Source: Harriotta raleighana (Eukaryota). From it: 64,000 nt of DNA. Shown here one piece after another: positions 23,584 through 36,920 of this stretch (its first letter is position 1; every line of letters starts with the position of its first letter). Location of the stretch: assembly GCA_050575255.1 (NCBI GenBank), contig JBNZDD010013679.1, forward strand, positions 350,444-414,443. Reading direction: 5' to 3'. The notes below the pieces were generated by a model, which searched no databases, had not been told where the DNA came from, and was given only the letters and a program-made list of their open reading frames with translations. Both the position numbers and the translations under genes were made by a program.

Positions 23584-26491
23584 CTGCTGACTAATAAACC
23601 ATTGAAGCAGTCAGATATTCTCTTGGATGATGGTAGGGCTCTCTTTCCACCTATGTAGTGATCTATACAACACGAGTTGCGCAGTGCTGTGTGGTCAGGG
23701 AAATTCAGCATTAAAAAAATACAGCACAAAATGGAAATACGACATAAACAACCATGTGAGAGAAAAGGGAGAGAAAATAAATGCACCCACAGACAGACAT
23801 CAAGCTACAATGAATGCCCTCCTTTCACATATAGTCAGTAATGCAATTTATTAAAATTATTCTACAAGAAATCTGTTCCCAGAGCACAGAATGTTAGGTC
23901 TAATACATCTTTCAATACAAATTACAAGCTTAAAGAACCGATAGATGTAATAAATATGGATTACTTAATGTCCCTGGCACTTCCCGGGCAAGAACGTGTT
24001 AGTCTTAATTTACCCACATGCCTGTGGTGGGAGCGCTCGAGCGATTCTGAGGGCCAGAGAATTGGTGGAAATGCTGAAACTAGTTATTATTACCCAGTTC
24101 ATTTCCCATTATACTACCTGTTCTACAAAGGTGTCATCACATTTGAACGTGAGCATGAATAGAATGAGGTGCTGCTACAAGTATCAACTGACTGAAGGCA
24201 AGAGTCAAAGATCAGGACAGGATCTTTGCTACAAACAGCAAAATGAATGGAATGCAACCCAAAACAATAGATGAGGCATTATGGTAAGGCATTGATTCTC
24301 TAAATATATTGAATATCAGGCTAAGGTTGAGAGTGGATGAGGGGTGGTGGGGGAGGTCACCATTTCAGTGAAGCTTGGAAAATATCCTTGGGAGATAATA
24401 ATGGAGTTGCAGATGGGATATAATGAAACAGCATACTCATCGTTCCAGGTTGTTTTACTGAGTCTATATTTTTGCTGATAAAAACATCAAGCCTGCAAAT
24501 TGTGCTGTTTTACCTAAAAAGCTACAATTTTAAAAAAAATGCTTTGTTTGCCAAATTGCTGCTTTATATGGGAGAACGTTATTAGAATTGCTCAAATTTG
24601 AGCCAGCAAAATCAGCACTATTACCCAGATGCCCAAATTTCCCCATGAATTCTCCTGAGCGTAGGGAATTTGGGAAAATTCTTTAAATCGACCTTAATAT
24701 GGTAACCATTCTTTTTAAGACCAAGACCATGAGAAATTCTGTGACATTTTAATCCCTGAAATCTCAGTCCCGATGCGCTGTGAGCTTCAGCTCTCCGAAG
24801 CACCAAATGACCCTGTATACCTGTCAGCAATGTGAAGCCTTGTTTCAACAACAACAATCGAATCAACAAGACACAGGAGCATTTGAATCAATTTCCAGCA
24901 AACATTCCTACTGGAGAGCAGTATACTTAAAATTGCCTACGTGAAAACTGTGAACTGTGTATTTCCACAATTAACAGGAGCACCCTTTAAAGACATGGGT
25001 TTCCTACTGTCTTCAGTATGGGTATATCTGCCTAAACAAGGAATTCAGTTGGGGGATTTGTAAGAAAAAAGTGCATTTCCATTGAGGATCCTAGATTTGC
25101 TTGAAGTAAATAAACTTGAACAAATCTTAAAGGATAAAGCTGTCTTCAGCCCTATTTGAACAAACTTTCTTCAGCTTCTTATTGGCCCGAGGAAGTTCAC
25201 CACTCAGTTTCTGTAATGTTACGCACCTTTTGGACTGCATTCTGCCACGTTCACATTAAAAGCTCTTGAGTATTTTGATGGCATTGGGGTGACTCTGCTT
25301 TTTCTGCACCTTGACAGTGTGCTGACCGATCACTCAGCAGACAGAAAATTGTCAGTCAATAACCAATTGGTCACAGTGTAGTTTGCAGATGAATCACATT
25401 TGGACTGCTTTCTGCCACCTTAGGACAAATGACTAATCTTCTTAAGGAGAGTCACACTTAGGGCAGCTCTAAAGAAGCATGTCAATACTCAGATGTTATG
25501 CATGACAGGTTACTACTTTTCACTGAAATTAATAAATATGTCTACAAACACAGATCCTCTCTCCTCAACAAGCAGTGTAACCCACAGTAGGTTTAACTTC
25601 TTTAATACCAACTACATTTTGTATCTGATTTGTACATGTTTTATTTGCTGAATGTTGTTTATACAGTAAATATTTTATTCCAAGGTTCTGTTTTACAACA
25701 TTTTTAGTTTCCACTCCAATTTTCTTGTTTGCTTTTCTAAACACAAACATGACTTGCACTGATTTAAGGTTCGATGAGTACTCCCACCTGCTTAAGTGGC
25801 TCTTCTTCAAATGTGAGCCTATGTGAGAGTATCAGGAATAGGAAAGCTGGTTTGCTCCCCACCAAGCTTACTGCTATACAGAAGCAGGAATAAAAAATTT
25901 CCATCTCTGATTTTTACTTGGTGACTTTACTAACTGAGCCATTTGGGGGAATCTGATGCTGTGCAGGGAAACAATGACAGATCATATGTGCTTTCATACT
26001 GTGACATTCACACTGTCACTGACATTGAAGAAATGAACTGTTTTCCTCTCCAACATCATAATTATCTAATGGTCCTTTTTCCTTATTAGTCCTTCATTAC
26101 AGTTGCAGGTCACTAACTTCTTATAGAAATCACTATTATTGATGACTGATAAATACCATCTTGGCTCAGGTACATATGTTATTTCAGGTAAAGTCTGATG
26201 AGAACAAGAAATATTGAAACAGCTTAAGTGATCATAGTCTTTTATAAGACTGCTAAGGGGAACAGAGTAATACAGTGAGTTTGTTAACTATCCTGATGGA
26301 CTGAAAGACCTGCTTCTCTGTTGCATGAAAGGTCACACAAAGGATTACAGTCTTCAGAGTCAATCTAGTTTTCTATCTATGTGTACAGCACAAACTGCTC
26401 TTCATTGGAATAAAATTGACAGATTCTCTTAGCGGAAAATGATGTCTGAAATTCCACCTCGTCTTGTGAGACTATTTTGTGAGACTATTTT

Positions 26492-26665
26492 GCATAAAAT
26501 GTAAGATCGCCCAGAATTCTGGAAAATCCTGAAATCCGGTCTCAACTTAGAAGCCTTTTCTTTAGGAACTGGGAACAAGTATTTCCAAATCCACAAATAT
26601 GTCTACAAACACAGATCAATGGAATTTAAGAATTTTTCACAATTCAATTTGATCATAAACTTTTA
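26492..26665. mobile_element. Fold-back MITE, family A, copy 2
   Basis: cataaaatgtaagatcgcccagaattctggaaaatcctgaaatccggtctcaacttagaagc aligns to the rc of the 19377-19438 arm; a decayed opposite arm lies at 26620-26665. Confidence 0.6.
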
Positions 26666-27289
26666 AACAAGTGGTCCTATCAGTCAGAAATGGGGGTTGA
26701 TTTGAGGGCCATTGGTGCCTGATATAGGAAATGGGACAATTATGGGTATCACTGAATAGGGAAGTTTGATGGTGTTTCCCAAAGAAATATGTGTTTTAAG
26801 TCGTGGAGAGAGGGTGCAAAGCAAAAGGATTAGGGAGGTTGAACTTTGAGATAACTGGGGCTGAAGAGATCTCTTGTAACAATATAGAGGACGAAACTGC
26901 TGGCACACTTGGGTGTGAAGGAGCCTTATGCAACTTAAAGATAGAGGTTTAAATAATTCACTTACAAAACCACACAGTCTGTAACTTGATTAGTTTTTAT
27001 GACGGGGGATGGGAGATTGATATTTCATACTCATACTTTCATTTACAAAGTACATTGACATTGATCTGACAACCTTGGCTCCCTGGCTTTGTGATTGACA
27101 GGAACTGGAGTTGAAAGGTCACTGTCTCATTCTGTTGAATCACACGACCATCGGGAGGGAGGAGGAGATAAATTCTCTCTCCCCCCCACTACCAAAAGAA
27201 CTAAACATTGTATCTGCATACACACATATACGTCATTTATGATATTTAAATGATTTTCAGTCTGCATTATTCTCCAAAGCATTGCATCA

Positions 27290-27400
27290 TAAAATACACA
27301 GTCAATTCACTTTAGAATATATTCTGTGAAGCTCCTTGAAAAGTCTCACCGACAATGATAAGGCATTATATCAAAGGCATGGATTATTATTATTATATTA
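27290..27400 (+). mobile_element. tRNA-SINE 3' fragment
   Basis: acagtcaattcactttagaatatattctgtgaagc...tatatcaaaggcatgg(att)n. Confidence 0.8.
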
Positions 27401-27555
27401 TAATCATCAAGGTATGCTACTTTAGCAAACCTCCCTTCAAGCACTCCAAGACTCTACCCAGGGGGAAAGGAAGGGTGATATATAAATTAAAGTTGTTGTG
27501 GTTGTAAATAAAGCCTCATATTAATCAGAAACTCAAGAATGTCTGTAGAGTTCAA

Positions 27556-27712
27556 CGGAATCATGGAATTGCACAACACAGAAGGAAGCTATTGGGCCGA
27601 TCGTGTCTGTGCCGGCTCTTCGAAAAGTGCTGTCGAAATCAATCCCACTCCTCCGCTCCCTCCCCATAGCCCTGCAAACCTGTCCACCCCAAATAATTAT
27701 CTAGCCAATCAT
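27556..27712 (-). mobile_element. CR1-type LINE 3' end
   Basis: cacaacacagaaggaagctattgggccgatcgtgtctgtgccggctc...tccccatagccctgc is the reverse complement of a CR1-like 3' UTR. Confidence 0.7.
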
Positions 27713-28499
27713 CTTGACCAATGTAATCAAGCCAGATTTGTAGAAAATGAAAGCAAAGCCTCACAGGAATTATTTATTTGACCATCCTGTATTGATCTTC
27801 CCTCTCGAATTAGGTTATCCCATGCCATGCTGTTATTCTCAGAAAGAGAGTAGGTAGACGACATTTTCAAAGGCTCTGAAGCTCCACTCCCTCAACCAGG
27901 CCATGAGGAATCTATCTGGAGGATCTCTCTCACTCCCGTTATTCTCACTGACAGCAGATTAAATTTGCAAACTGGTAATATAATTTCTTAATTCACTTCC
28001 TCATTTTCCATTGTTACAGCACTGATTGGGGATCCACATTTAATTTGAAGTTGAATATAGTAGCAAAACAGTTTAACATAACAGTGTTTGGCCAGATGGG
28101 GCGCAATTGTCTTATCAAGCTCAGTATAAACTTAACCAGAGACGTTTTTTTTAAAATTGCCAAGCTGTTTTAAAAAATGCTATAAAATCGGTGCATAAAT
28201 CGCGTTAATAATTTGTATGATTAATAATTGTTGTGAGAGTGATGGCGAAAATTTCTACCTTAGATTTAAAGATGCTGCTGTAAGTATGAAGTTGCTACGT
28301 TACACAGTATTAAGGTGGGCTTTTATGGGTGGAAAGTGGCATGTGAGAGTATCATGCATTTTCTCAGCCCACAAACTCCAAAAACTAAGAAGAAAGCTAT
28401 TGAATTACAAATATGCCATAAGATATTGACGCTGAATTTATACATAATAATCATGTACATTATATTGGCTACTTTTTAAAGTACTTTTTTACAGCTAAA

Positions 28500-28685
28500 A
28501 CTGTTGACCAGGAACAGACTAAGACACCAAACAAAACTCCCTCCTCTTTTCAAATAGCAATCTGGGATCTTTTATACCCCCCCGAACAGCCAGAGAGGAA
28601 CTCAGTTTAATGACTTAATCAAAGGGTGACACTTCTGAGAATCCAGAACTTGCCCAGCATTATGATGGCATCTCACACCAGACAA
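28500..28685 (-). mobile_element. Old DeuSINE (SacSINE1-like) fragment
   Basis: actccctcctcttttcaaatagcaatctgggatcttttatac...ctcagtttaatgacttaatcaaagggtgacac resembles the Deu domain as I recall it and the copy at 61.3 kb. Confidence 0.55.
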
Positions 28686-28724
28686 ACTAAATGCCTCATT
28701 GTTACATTAAAATTTTAGGTTGTG

Positions 28725-28912
28725 TTTTGAAGCAGTGGAAATATTCAAGACTGAGATCAACAGTGTTTTTAAAAGCTGAAGGGTTTAAGGGATATGGGGA
28801 TAGGTCGGGTAAATGGAAGTACTATAGATCAGCCGTGATCATATTTAATGGTGGGGCAGGCTCGAGGGGCTGAATGGCCTACTCCGGCTTCTATTTCTTG
28901 TTATGTTATGCT
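28725..28912 (+). mobile_element. CR1-type LINE 3' end
   Basis: ttcaagactgagatcaac...gatcagccgtgatc...gcaggctcgaggggctgaatggcctactcc, ending in ttatgttatg. Confidence 0.8.
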
Positions 28913-29194
28913 CTTATGAAATGAGGAACATGGTGCCATATCAGTAAGTTTAATTTTTGATTGTAGGAGATTCCAGGTAAAGGATTTAAGTGTCTGGAAA
29001 CTCCTGCAAATTGAAGCAATGAAAACTGTTTTCTCCCCACATGAATTCAGTTCCCGTAGACTTTTAGTGCTGATTTCCCAATATTCGAGGCACCAACACA
29101 TAGAACCTTCTTTCGCTGTGCACTGCATGACTCGAGCTGAAGTATTATTTTCTTTTCCCCACCAATTTACAAGTTAAACGCAGCTCGGGTCTGA

Positions 29195-29282
29195 AACAAT
29201 GACAGTGCCTTGGAACATCCTCCTGACGTGAAACGTGCTTTACAAGTGTAATTTCATTGTTGTTGTTGTTGTTGTTGTTGTT
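29195..29282 (+). mobile_element. L2 tail-only insertion ending in (TTG)8
   Basis: cagtgccttggaacatcctcctgacgtgaaacgtgctttacaagtgtaatttca(ttg)n is the same tail as 63703-63764. Confidence 0.8.
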
Positions 29283-30774
29283 CAACACAGGCACACCTGA
29301 CCATCCAATCAAGCTTTCTTTGTTTGAAATGAATAACAACAAAAATCCTTGCAGTTGGTATAACGTCTTGAAGTGTGAACAACGTTTTCTGCAATGCATT
29401 TGTGCATTTCACTGGTATGTCCTAGAAAGGGTATTCTATATGGTTTCTCTCCTAGAGAGGAAGCAGTAAACAATGGGTGTTTCAGGCGTGAATTTCAGAA
29501 TGTGTTATTGTTTAAAATAATAATTTTTCTTCTGGGAGCAACTAAAAGAATAGAAATGTTGCCATTGAACACAAACACACACACACACTCGGGCATGGTG
29601 GCATCTTTATGTAAATTGCTGCTAAAGGGATAAAATTGTGGCAGAGATAGGAATAAACTGCTTGTAAATCCACATGTTTCAGATGATTGGAGTGTGATTA
29701 ATGCTATTCAACATCACAATCTGGGCACATCACACTTGCATGGCCTAACAAAAGAAACTGGACAAAACAGATGTTCCAGAAGGCGGGAGAACACCCATTA
29801 TTGAAGGGATCTATTTGTTGTAGTGAACGAAAGCTGTCTGTGTCTTGCTATAATTAGGGGATGGGCATTACTCTATTTTTCCCCCTAGCCTTGAACTAGA
29901 ACCAGAGCTGGGACTATTAGCAGAAACAAACCAAGTACAACAAAGCACAGGCTGATGGACTCGTTGAAGCACAAATGGTCGTTTTAAGTGGAAAGTCATG
30001 CAAAGGTACAATAGGGTCCAGGTCTCTTGTGATCCAGGTACATCTAAATGAGGCTGCTGCTCGTGAACTCAAGCGCTATTAAAGACAGGACCATCCATTT
30101 GATGAGGCGTTTGATGCTCACAGGTACAAATGGCCATTTGCTGTACATCTGCTATAACATGCTCCTGTCTTCAGCCCAGCATTAACAGCATGTAAAATAG
30201 AAATTGCCCTTCCTCTCTCACTCTCTTTGCTGCTCAAAACATTTCCATTCACAAAGGTATTCTTGCTAGGGGGCTCTCAGCTGTGATCACAAAAGCACTC
30301 TGAGAGGATTACTGGGAGTGCTATTAGGCTACTGTGGAGAATGCACAAGGTTCAAAAATCCCAGGCTAATTGCGAGATAATGTTCATAAAATTTGAAGAA
30401 GATACATGCTCTATCCTAGCAGCGATTCACGAATGCAAACGAAAACCTAAGAAAACATTTTGAATATGGCAGCTGCTGATAAGCGAATAACCTGCTTCGA
30501 AGCACCAACTTCTATTCTTCTCCGCAGTGTCCAACAATTATAAATGTTTCCACCTACAAGTGGCGCGCAGGTATCTTGCAAGCTCTGAACCTTATTTTTT
30601 TCCCCCCTCTCCTCATTTCTGGAAGGGGTTGACTCATGCTGGGCTCCCGATCGAGGTAACTGCTGATTGCCAGAACCATAGAGCTGTAGAAATTTACGAC
30701 ACGGAGAAAGGCTATTTGGCTTAATTCATCTGCGTAGGCCATTTACTGCACGTGAACCGAGGCTATGAATGTTG

Positions 30775-30872
30775 ATTGTCAATTCACTTTACAGTATGTT
30801 CTGTGAAGCACTTTGAAATGTTGATGAGATGTGAAAAGCGCTATATCAAATGCAAGGATTAATATTACTATC
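30775..30872 (+). mobile_element. tRNA-SINE 3' fragment
   Basis: gtcaattcactttacagtatgttctgtgaagcac...agcgctatatcaaatgcaaggatt. Confidence 0.85.
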
Positions 30873-32960
30873 ATTGACTCTTCTGGTGAGGAAGGGCATG
30901 TTCTACTGCTATCACAGCCAGGTTAATCGTCAGATAACGTTTCAGTAAACAACAACAGCAATATTACATTTCTTAAAGACATATTCTCTATTCGTGCCGC
31001 CAACCCTCACTTGACATCCTGTTCTCATTTGACATTCACAAATGCACAGTATTCAAGAGGGGTCACCGGATATCTAAAGTCTAGCTCAACTCTAATCTAA
31101 AGTCTAAATTCAGTGTCTTGGGGGTGTACTCCCAATGTGAAAGGCTCGCTATAATTGTAATTTTGTTGTTGTAGCTGACTTCCTCACTCTTTTTGGCTCC
31201 ACCACCCCCAAACCTCTCCCCCCTCATCACCACCCAACTCCCGCCCGTACCTGTAGGTCAGTTAAATGGACACCACCAGTGTGCCTCCTAAGATCAACAG
31301 CTTCAGTCCAGACTGAGCTTCGAAATTGGAGCTTCCCTCCGCTGAATGACATAGACACAAGTCACACAGAGCAGCACAGTCATGCACTGAGCCCTCAGAT
31401 AGTCAACATTTGTCTGCAGTGCAGATCAATATGAGGGAGCACACTGCTCATGTACTTATGATGCTGACCTCTGCCCTTTCACCTCACTGCTCGCCTGCCA
31501 CAGTTGGGAACCAGAGCTGAAGACCAGAGGTCAGCACTGTCACCACTCAACCTGCAACTACCAACAATTGATCCTCCCCCTGGGGACGGGAGGGGGCAAT
31601 ATGTCTTAAAAACATTTTGGAACAAAACTATTTCTCACAAAAAAAAGCTTCTTTGGCAACAATTTATATCTTGAAGGGGGGCGGGATGACGGAGAAATAA
31701 CCAACCACAGGACATCAGCTCTTTGTGGTCTGTTGCCTCTCTATTCATGCTTGCAAGCCAGAAAATAGAAGTAGATTGTCATGTTGACATGGACACATAG
31801 GATTCTTTGTGTGTGGCAGCTGCTGTCATTTAGACATTTGTTCCATTATCAAGGGCTTGGGCTGTCTGAGCACTAAAACAATGACAAGTGGTCTTTAGGA
31901 AGAATCTAGTTTAATATACTAGCAGGATGTGTACTCTGAGAACAAGGTCTTCAGAAATCACATGTGCTGGGTTTGAAGTAAAATATGATTTTGCGTGTTT
32001 AAAAAAAACACAGCACAGATTCTTTGATATCTTCAGTTTTGCTTCACTGCTGTTTGACGCAAAATGAGAAGAACTACAGAGAGCAAAGCGATGGACGTCA
32101 ATATGGTGCACAAATTCCTGGAGCGACTAGGGAACAGAGTTATTGTCATACTTCATTACGGCAGCTAAAGCTGGACTTTCTGGATGGCCCGGGCATAGCA
32201 CTTGATGCCGTCTAGGTGGGTTTGCTGTTTTGCATGGTGACAGGGTGAGTGACAAAGGCAGGACTGCTAAAGACTGATTATAATCTGGGCTAAGAAGGCT
32301 TCACCAATAAACAATCCACAACTAAACTCTTGACAGGCATGAAAATGGTCCCAGTGCATCAATCCATTGTACTAAAATGGAGATTTTCCTCACCTCTTTG
32401 GTGGAGCAGGCCACATGGGTAAGACACAAGAGATCAGTAAAATATTCCCACTGGCTGGTGCTGAGCATCACAATAGAGGGTACAAAGCAACTTGTAAATA
32501 CGCTAAAGTGAGTGAGCAGATAGAGAAACCCACCAAATTTTCTTAAGGTGGGTTATAAATATCTTCATTAAGCAGTAGAGCAATTTATGACCTTGTTCCA
32601 AGCACGTGAAAGATTCCACTTACATTCATTCAGCGCTCGCGCACTATGAACTCAGTCATAAATCTACCAGCTGGTCAATAACCCATTATTACTGACCAAA
32701 GAAGGGCAGATACAGAACAGATAAGAGTGTGTCTATGAGCAGACTTGGTGCAGAAGTGAACCCTAGCCTGTCTTCCTAACAATTTCATCTGCATTTTCCT
32801 CTGGCCCGTGTGACAAAATTACACTTTTGTTTTCATTCAAATTCAATGCGTTTTAAACCTCACTAAAGCTTGTCTGGCAGGAAGAAGGCCAGGGTTATAT
32901 TATGGAAATATGGGGATGCAATAACAGTGCTTGATTGAATTTGGAGCTCCTAGTCTATCT

Positions 32961-33114
32961 ACATGGAATAAGGAAACTTGCTTAACGTTTTGCTCTGGCT
33001 GGGAAACAATCCCACCTCTCGCTTGCGAGGCAACATTTATAGAGCGGCTTTCACATCAGGAGGACGTCCCAGTGGGGATGTGAGGCAAGTGGTCTAACCA
33101 AAGCACTACAGGAC
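32961..33114 (-). mobile_element. SINE tRNA head interrupted by a 45-bp L2 tail
   Basis: The head is split by 33034-33078, which is flanked by TGCGAGGCAA and TGTGAGGCAA. Confidence 0.75.
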
Positions 33115-35109
33115 TTATTATTAATTCTATTCCAATGCTACTGTATAAATTGCCGTTTCAACCAGGAAAGGGTCTGTTTGTCTTCTGATAACTATGGAAC
33201 CTGTGAACTCTGCACTCACTCGAGGAGAGGCAAGAAGCTCTGTAGGCAGAGTGACAGAGAAACAAAGCCCTTTCTTAACGACCAGAAGGTCTTGCTTCAG
33301 ACTAGAGAGGCTTGGGTGAGTAGGTGCTGCTCTTTAGAGAAGCAAGACACAGCACATTAATACCAGCCTACATTCTTCCACCCTGCTTCCCAAATAAACA
33401 ATCCAAAGGGCAACCATTGGAACTAGGTTTCATTGAGAACCAGACCATTAAGAACAACTCTTCATGACATGTTTCCCAAACTGTGCAAAGAAACAAGATG
33501 GGAAAGTCTCCAACGCTTTGGGAAGAATTCAAAACCAAGTCTACAATTTAGCAGTGTCACAGTCGACATATATGAAAGAAATTGTGTGTAGTCTGCAGAG
33601 TTTAAAAAGAGGGCCGTTTGTGTATTAAACACTGCCGTGCTGTACTGCTGTAATGATAGGGATGTAGAGTGATAAAAGAACAGCTTAAGCAGTGAATTCA
33701 TCACCAAGACAAAAGTTTGAACAATGTCACCCACAAAGCTGATATGTGGACAGCACTAAGAGCCCAGACAAGCATTATTTCAGCCAGTCTTTTCCGACTA
33801 CCAGCTCAGCACATGTGACAGGAGATGGAATGGGTCAATTGTTTTGCTGTGGAAGTTATAGTTGACTATATATACTGTCCTAAATCAATTTAAGATGTTC
33901 ATTATCATTTAATTCTGGAATACTATAGGCATTAGAAGGGTCTTTTTGACTCTTATGCACTTATTCACTTTGCATTTAGCCATTGCTCTTTAGTTTCCTC
34001 TGTTCTGTTTCAGACACCCACAAATATAGTCCAATAGACCACTGCAGCAAGTGACAGCTTCCAGGGAATTATTAATGCTACTCAGTACTTGGCCACAAGG
34101 AAATCTGTAAGCTCTTACATTTCCCATATTTTACTGTGGGGACTTCTCTGAGTTGCTCAGGGCTAATGCTCTGTCCTGCCTCAGAGTCTGATAAGAGTCC
34201 TTAGCCAGCCTCTCACCTTGGGGAGTACTAAGACCATCATCCCAAGTCCTGCACTCAGTGAAACTGCACCAGTGCGACAGCACATTGTTTAACAGCATTA
34301 CAAAGCCTCTGCTCGATGACATGCTACAGGAGCAGGAAAAAACCCTTCAATGGGTTAAACGGCCCGGCTCAGCAGTGTGCAGATGTGACAGAATGTTTTC
34401 ATTCTGTAAATGCTGCCTCTTTTTGACACACTGCAAAATGTACAGTGAATAAGTGCTTGAGGCGAAGATGCCACACCAGTCTTACATCTGTCTGCTTTCA
34501 TTTGTCTTTAACTGTGCTTACAGATAAAACAAGCCTTCCAGATGTCACGACAATTGGCGTTATGTATGCTGACTATAAAAAGACAAGATCCCTTTCTGTC
34601 AGCTTAACTGGACTCTAAAGCAAAACTATCAAAACCAAATTGTCTCAGAATGTCTAAACAGATCCCAAACTATTTCATTTCATACTCCATCGAAGCTTCT
34701 TTAAAAATTTATTTTGCGTTTCAAGAAGGTTCTTCAATGGAGAAGTGAAAAAGATGAGTCATTTGTTTTATGCTCTTATATATTCAAATCTGACTGACTA
34801 TTTAAATTACGTTGAACTAAACTGAGTGCACACAGAAATTGAATATTATACTACATTCTCCTCATCCTATGGATGAAGTGTGTGGGAGGGTGGAGGGTCG
34901 GGGGGTAGGGAGCAGTGGTGGTCCTGTCCCACTATGCCAAAAGGGCTGAAGCTAAATAATTCGAGAGAGAGCAGCCTTACCACCTGTCATCAAATTTTGC
35001 TTGCGATCCTTAGAGAGGATACACTTCTCATCTTTCATAAAAAGGAAGAAAGAAGGGAGGTGATTATCTCGGGCAGTTGTGGGAGGGAAGAAATGCCAAT
35101 GAGAGAAAG

Positions 35110-35284
35110 CAATTTCAGATTGTGCAACATTTTGGAAAATTTTAATTCAGTTAAATCGGATTCGAGTGATACCTTAAAAGGAAAAATACAATTTTTTCCA
35201 CAAAAAGGAACTTCAGAAAAGCAGCTTCCAAATTAAAACAGGCTTGAAGGATTTTCCAAAATGCTGCATGGTGCAAAATTTTAA
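35110..35284. mobile_element. Fold-back MITE, family A, copy 3
   Basis: tgcaacattttggaaaat ... attttccaaaatgctgca (17/18 inverted); contains gcttccaaatta as in copy 1. Confidence 0.65.
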
Positions 35285-35853
35285 AGAAAAGTATCCTAGT
35301 TAAAAAACACAACAAATGTTAAATCTCAAAACTCCAACCGAACACAGAAAGAATGACCTTCCCACACTGATAACTATTGGAAGGAGAAGATGGGTGGGGA
35401 GTGGGGGTGGGGGGATAGAGTCACAAATTTTAGTGAGATACAGCAGCCTCACTATAATCACCAGTGGTTGTAACTCCTTTGCATTTAACGACCAAGAGTC
35501 TGGCATGTTATCTGCCAGCCTCAGATCTTAGAGGCTAAGGGTTGTGACCTGGAATGGGGATGTCACTGTTTATGCACTGTGATTTATAAACGTACAGTAA
35601 TGGATGCTTTGGAGTGAGTTACAAGGTAGTGACACAATCAGTGGGATCAGATGATTCGCTTGCAACATACTTCTGCCCATCTGTTTTATCTTAGGCAGAG
35701 AATACCATTTTTGCTTTCATGTGTAAAACATTCCAATATCTGGGTGACTTATTTGCATGCATATGTTCCTCATGTCTCATGTAGTTTCGGGAAATTCTTG
35801 ATACAGGCACTATAATGAGATGAGGAAACATAAGATGTCGATCACATGTCTGG

Positions 35854-36048
35854 TAGCAGGATTGTTCTCTTGACTCTAGCAAACAGGCACAGTCCATGTG
35901 TAGTATGCTCCAAACAGAGAGCGATTCATTTCTCGATGGGTTTAAGCNTAGCAGGATTGTTCTCTTGACTCTAGCAAACAGGCACAGTCCATGTGTAGCA
36001 CGTGTATGCTCCAAACAGAGAGCGATTCATTTCTCGATGGGTTTAAGC
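35854..36048. other. ~95-bp duplication across a single N (assembly join)
   Basis: N at 35948; the second copy carries a 6-bp insertion. Confidence 0.85.
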
Positions 36049-36375
36049 GTGCAAGGGTCATTTGTAGCACCCAATGAATCTCCATCCACCCAACTCTATT
36101 ACCCAGTGATGGTGAAACAAAATTTTGGGGGCTCATCCAATTTATTTATTTCTCCATGCTCACCACCACCCCACCAATTTTAAGGTCTAGTACTTGGGAG
36201 CAAAATATGCATTGGTTGCCATCATGTTCCACAAATAAAAAAATCCTTTCACTTAATAGACCTTATTACCTAATTGAACCATTTCAAAAGTGCTTCACAT
36301 AACACTTGAAAGTGTCATGACTGTCTATTTGTAGGCGAACATGACAGTCAATTTGCGTTCAGCAGTATCCCACAG

Positions 36376-36688
36376 ATAATAATAATAAGAATAATGCTTG
36401 CATTTTCTATAGGGCTTTTCACATCTTCTAGATGTCTCAAAGCGCTTCACAAAATATGCTATAAAGTAAATTCACTGTATATTTGTGGGCGAAACCTGGC
36501 AGCCAATTGCACACAGCAGAATCCCACAAAACGTCGTGGTTTTAAATGAACAATTTATTATTGTTTTTTTGAGGGATTATTGTCAGACGTGTAGAGTAAG
36601 GAAACTTTCCCAAGGTTTTGCCCTGTCTGGAATTGCACCCAGGTCTCTCGCTTGCAAAGTGAGTGCTCTATCCACTGAGCTACAGGAC
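36376..36688 (-). mobile_element. Full-length tRNA-SINE, short variant, preceded by an older tail at about 36235-36375
   Basis: Head rc gtcctgtagctcagtggatagagcactcactttgcaagcgagagacctgggtgcaattcc (A box, TGC loop, B-box-like); L2-like tail. Confidence 0.92.
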
Positions 36689-36719
36689 TCTATTTCAAGA
36701 TAGCCTTGAAATGAAGCAC

Positions 36720-36920
36720 AGATGTTATCTGGAGGATCGTTGACCAGGGCACTCTTCCCATTTTGTTAACTGCTGTGGCATCTTTAATACTGAACAGCAT
36801 TGGGAACTTGGTTTAACATCTCATGAAAAGGATGTACTATAGCTCCAACAATGCAGTACCCACCAGCACTGCACTCGAAGGTCAGCCTGGACAAGGTCTA
36901 CCAACTGAGCCAGGCTGATG
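36720..36920 (-). mobile_element. DeuSINE (SacSINE1-like) remnant
   Basis: ttggtttaacatctcatgaaaagga...ctccaacaatgcagtacccaccagcactgcact is the reverse complement of the Deu-like segment at 61330-61410. Confidence 0.65.

Noticed and set aside
34282-34345. Coding-looking ITKPLLDDMLQEQEKTLQW after ttgtttaacag
   Set aside because: No good donor follows, no recognised homology, and no neighbouring exons.
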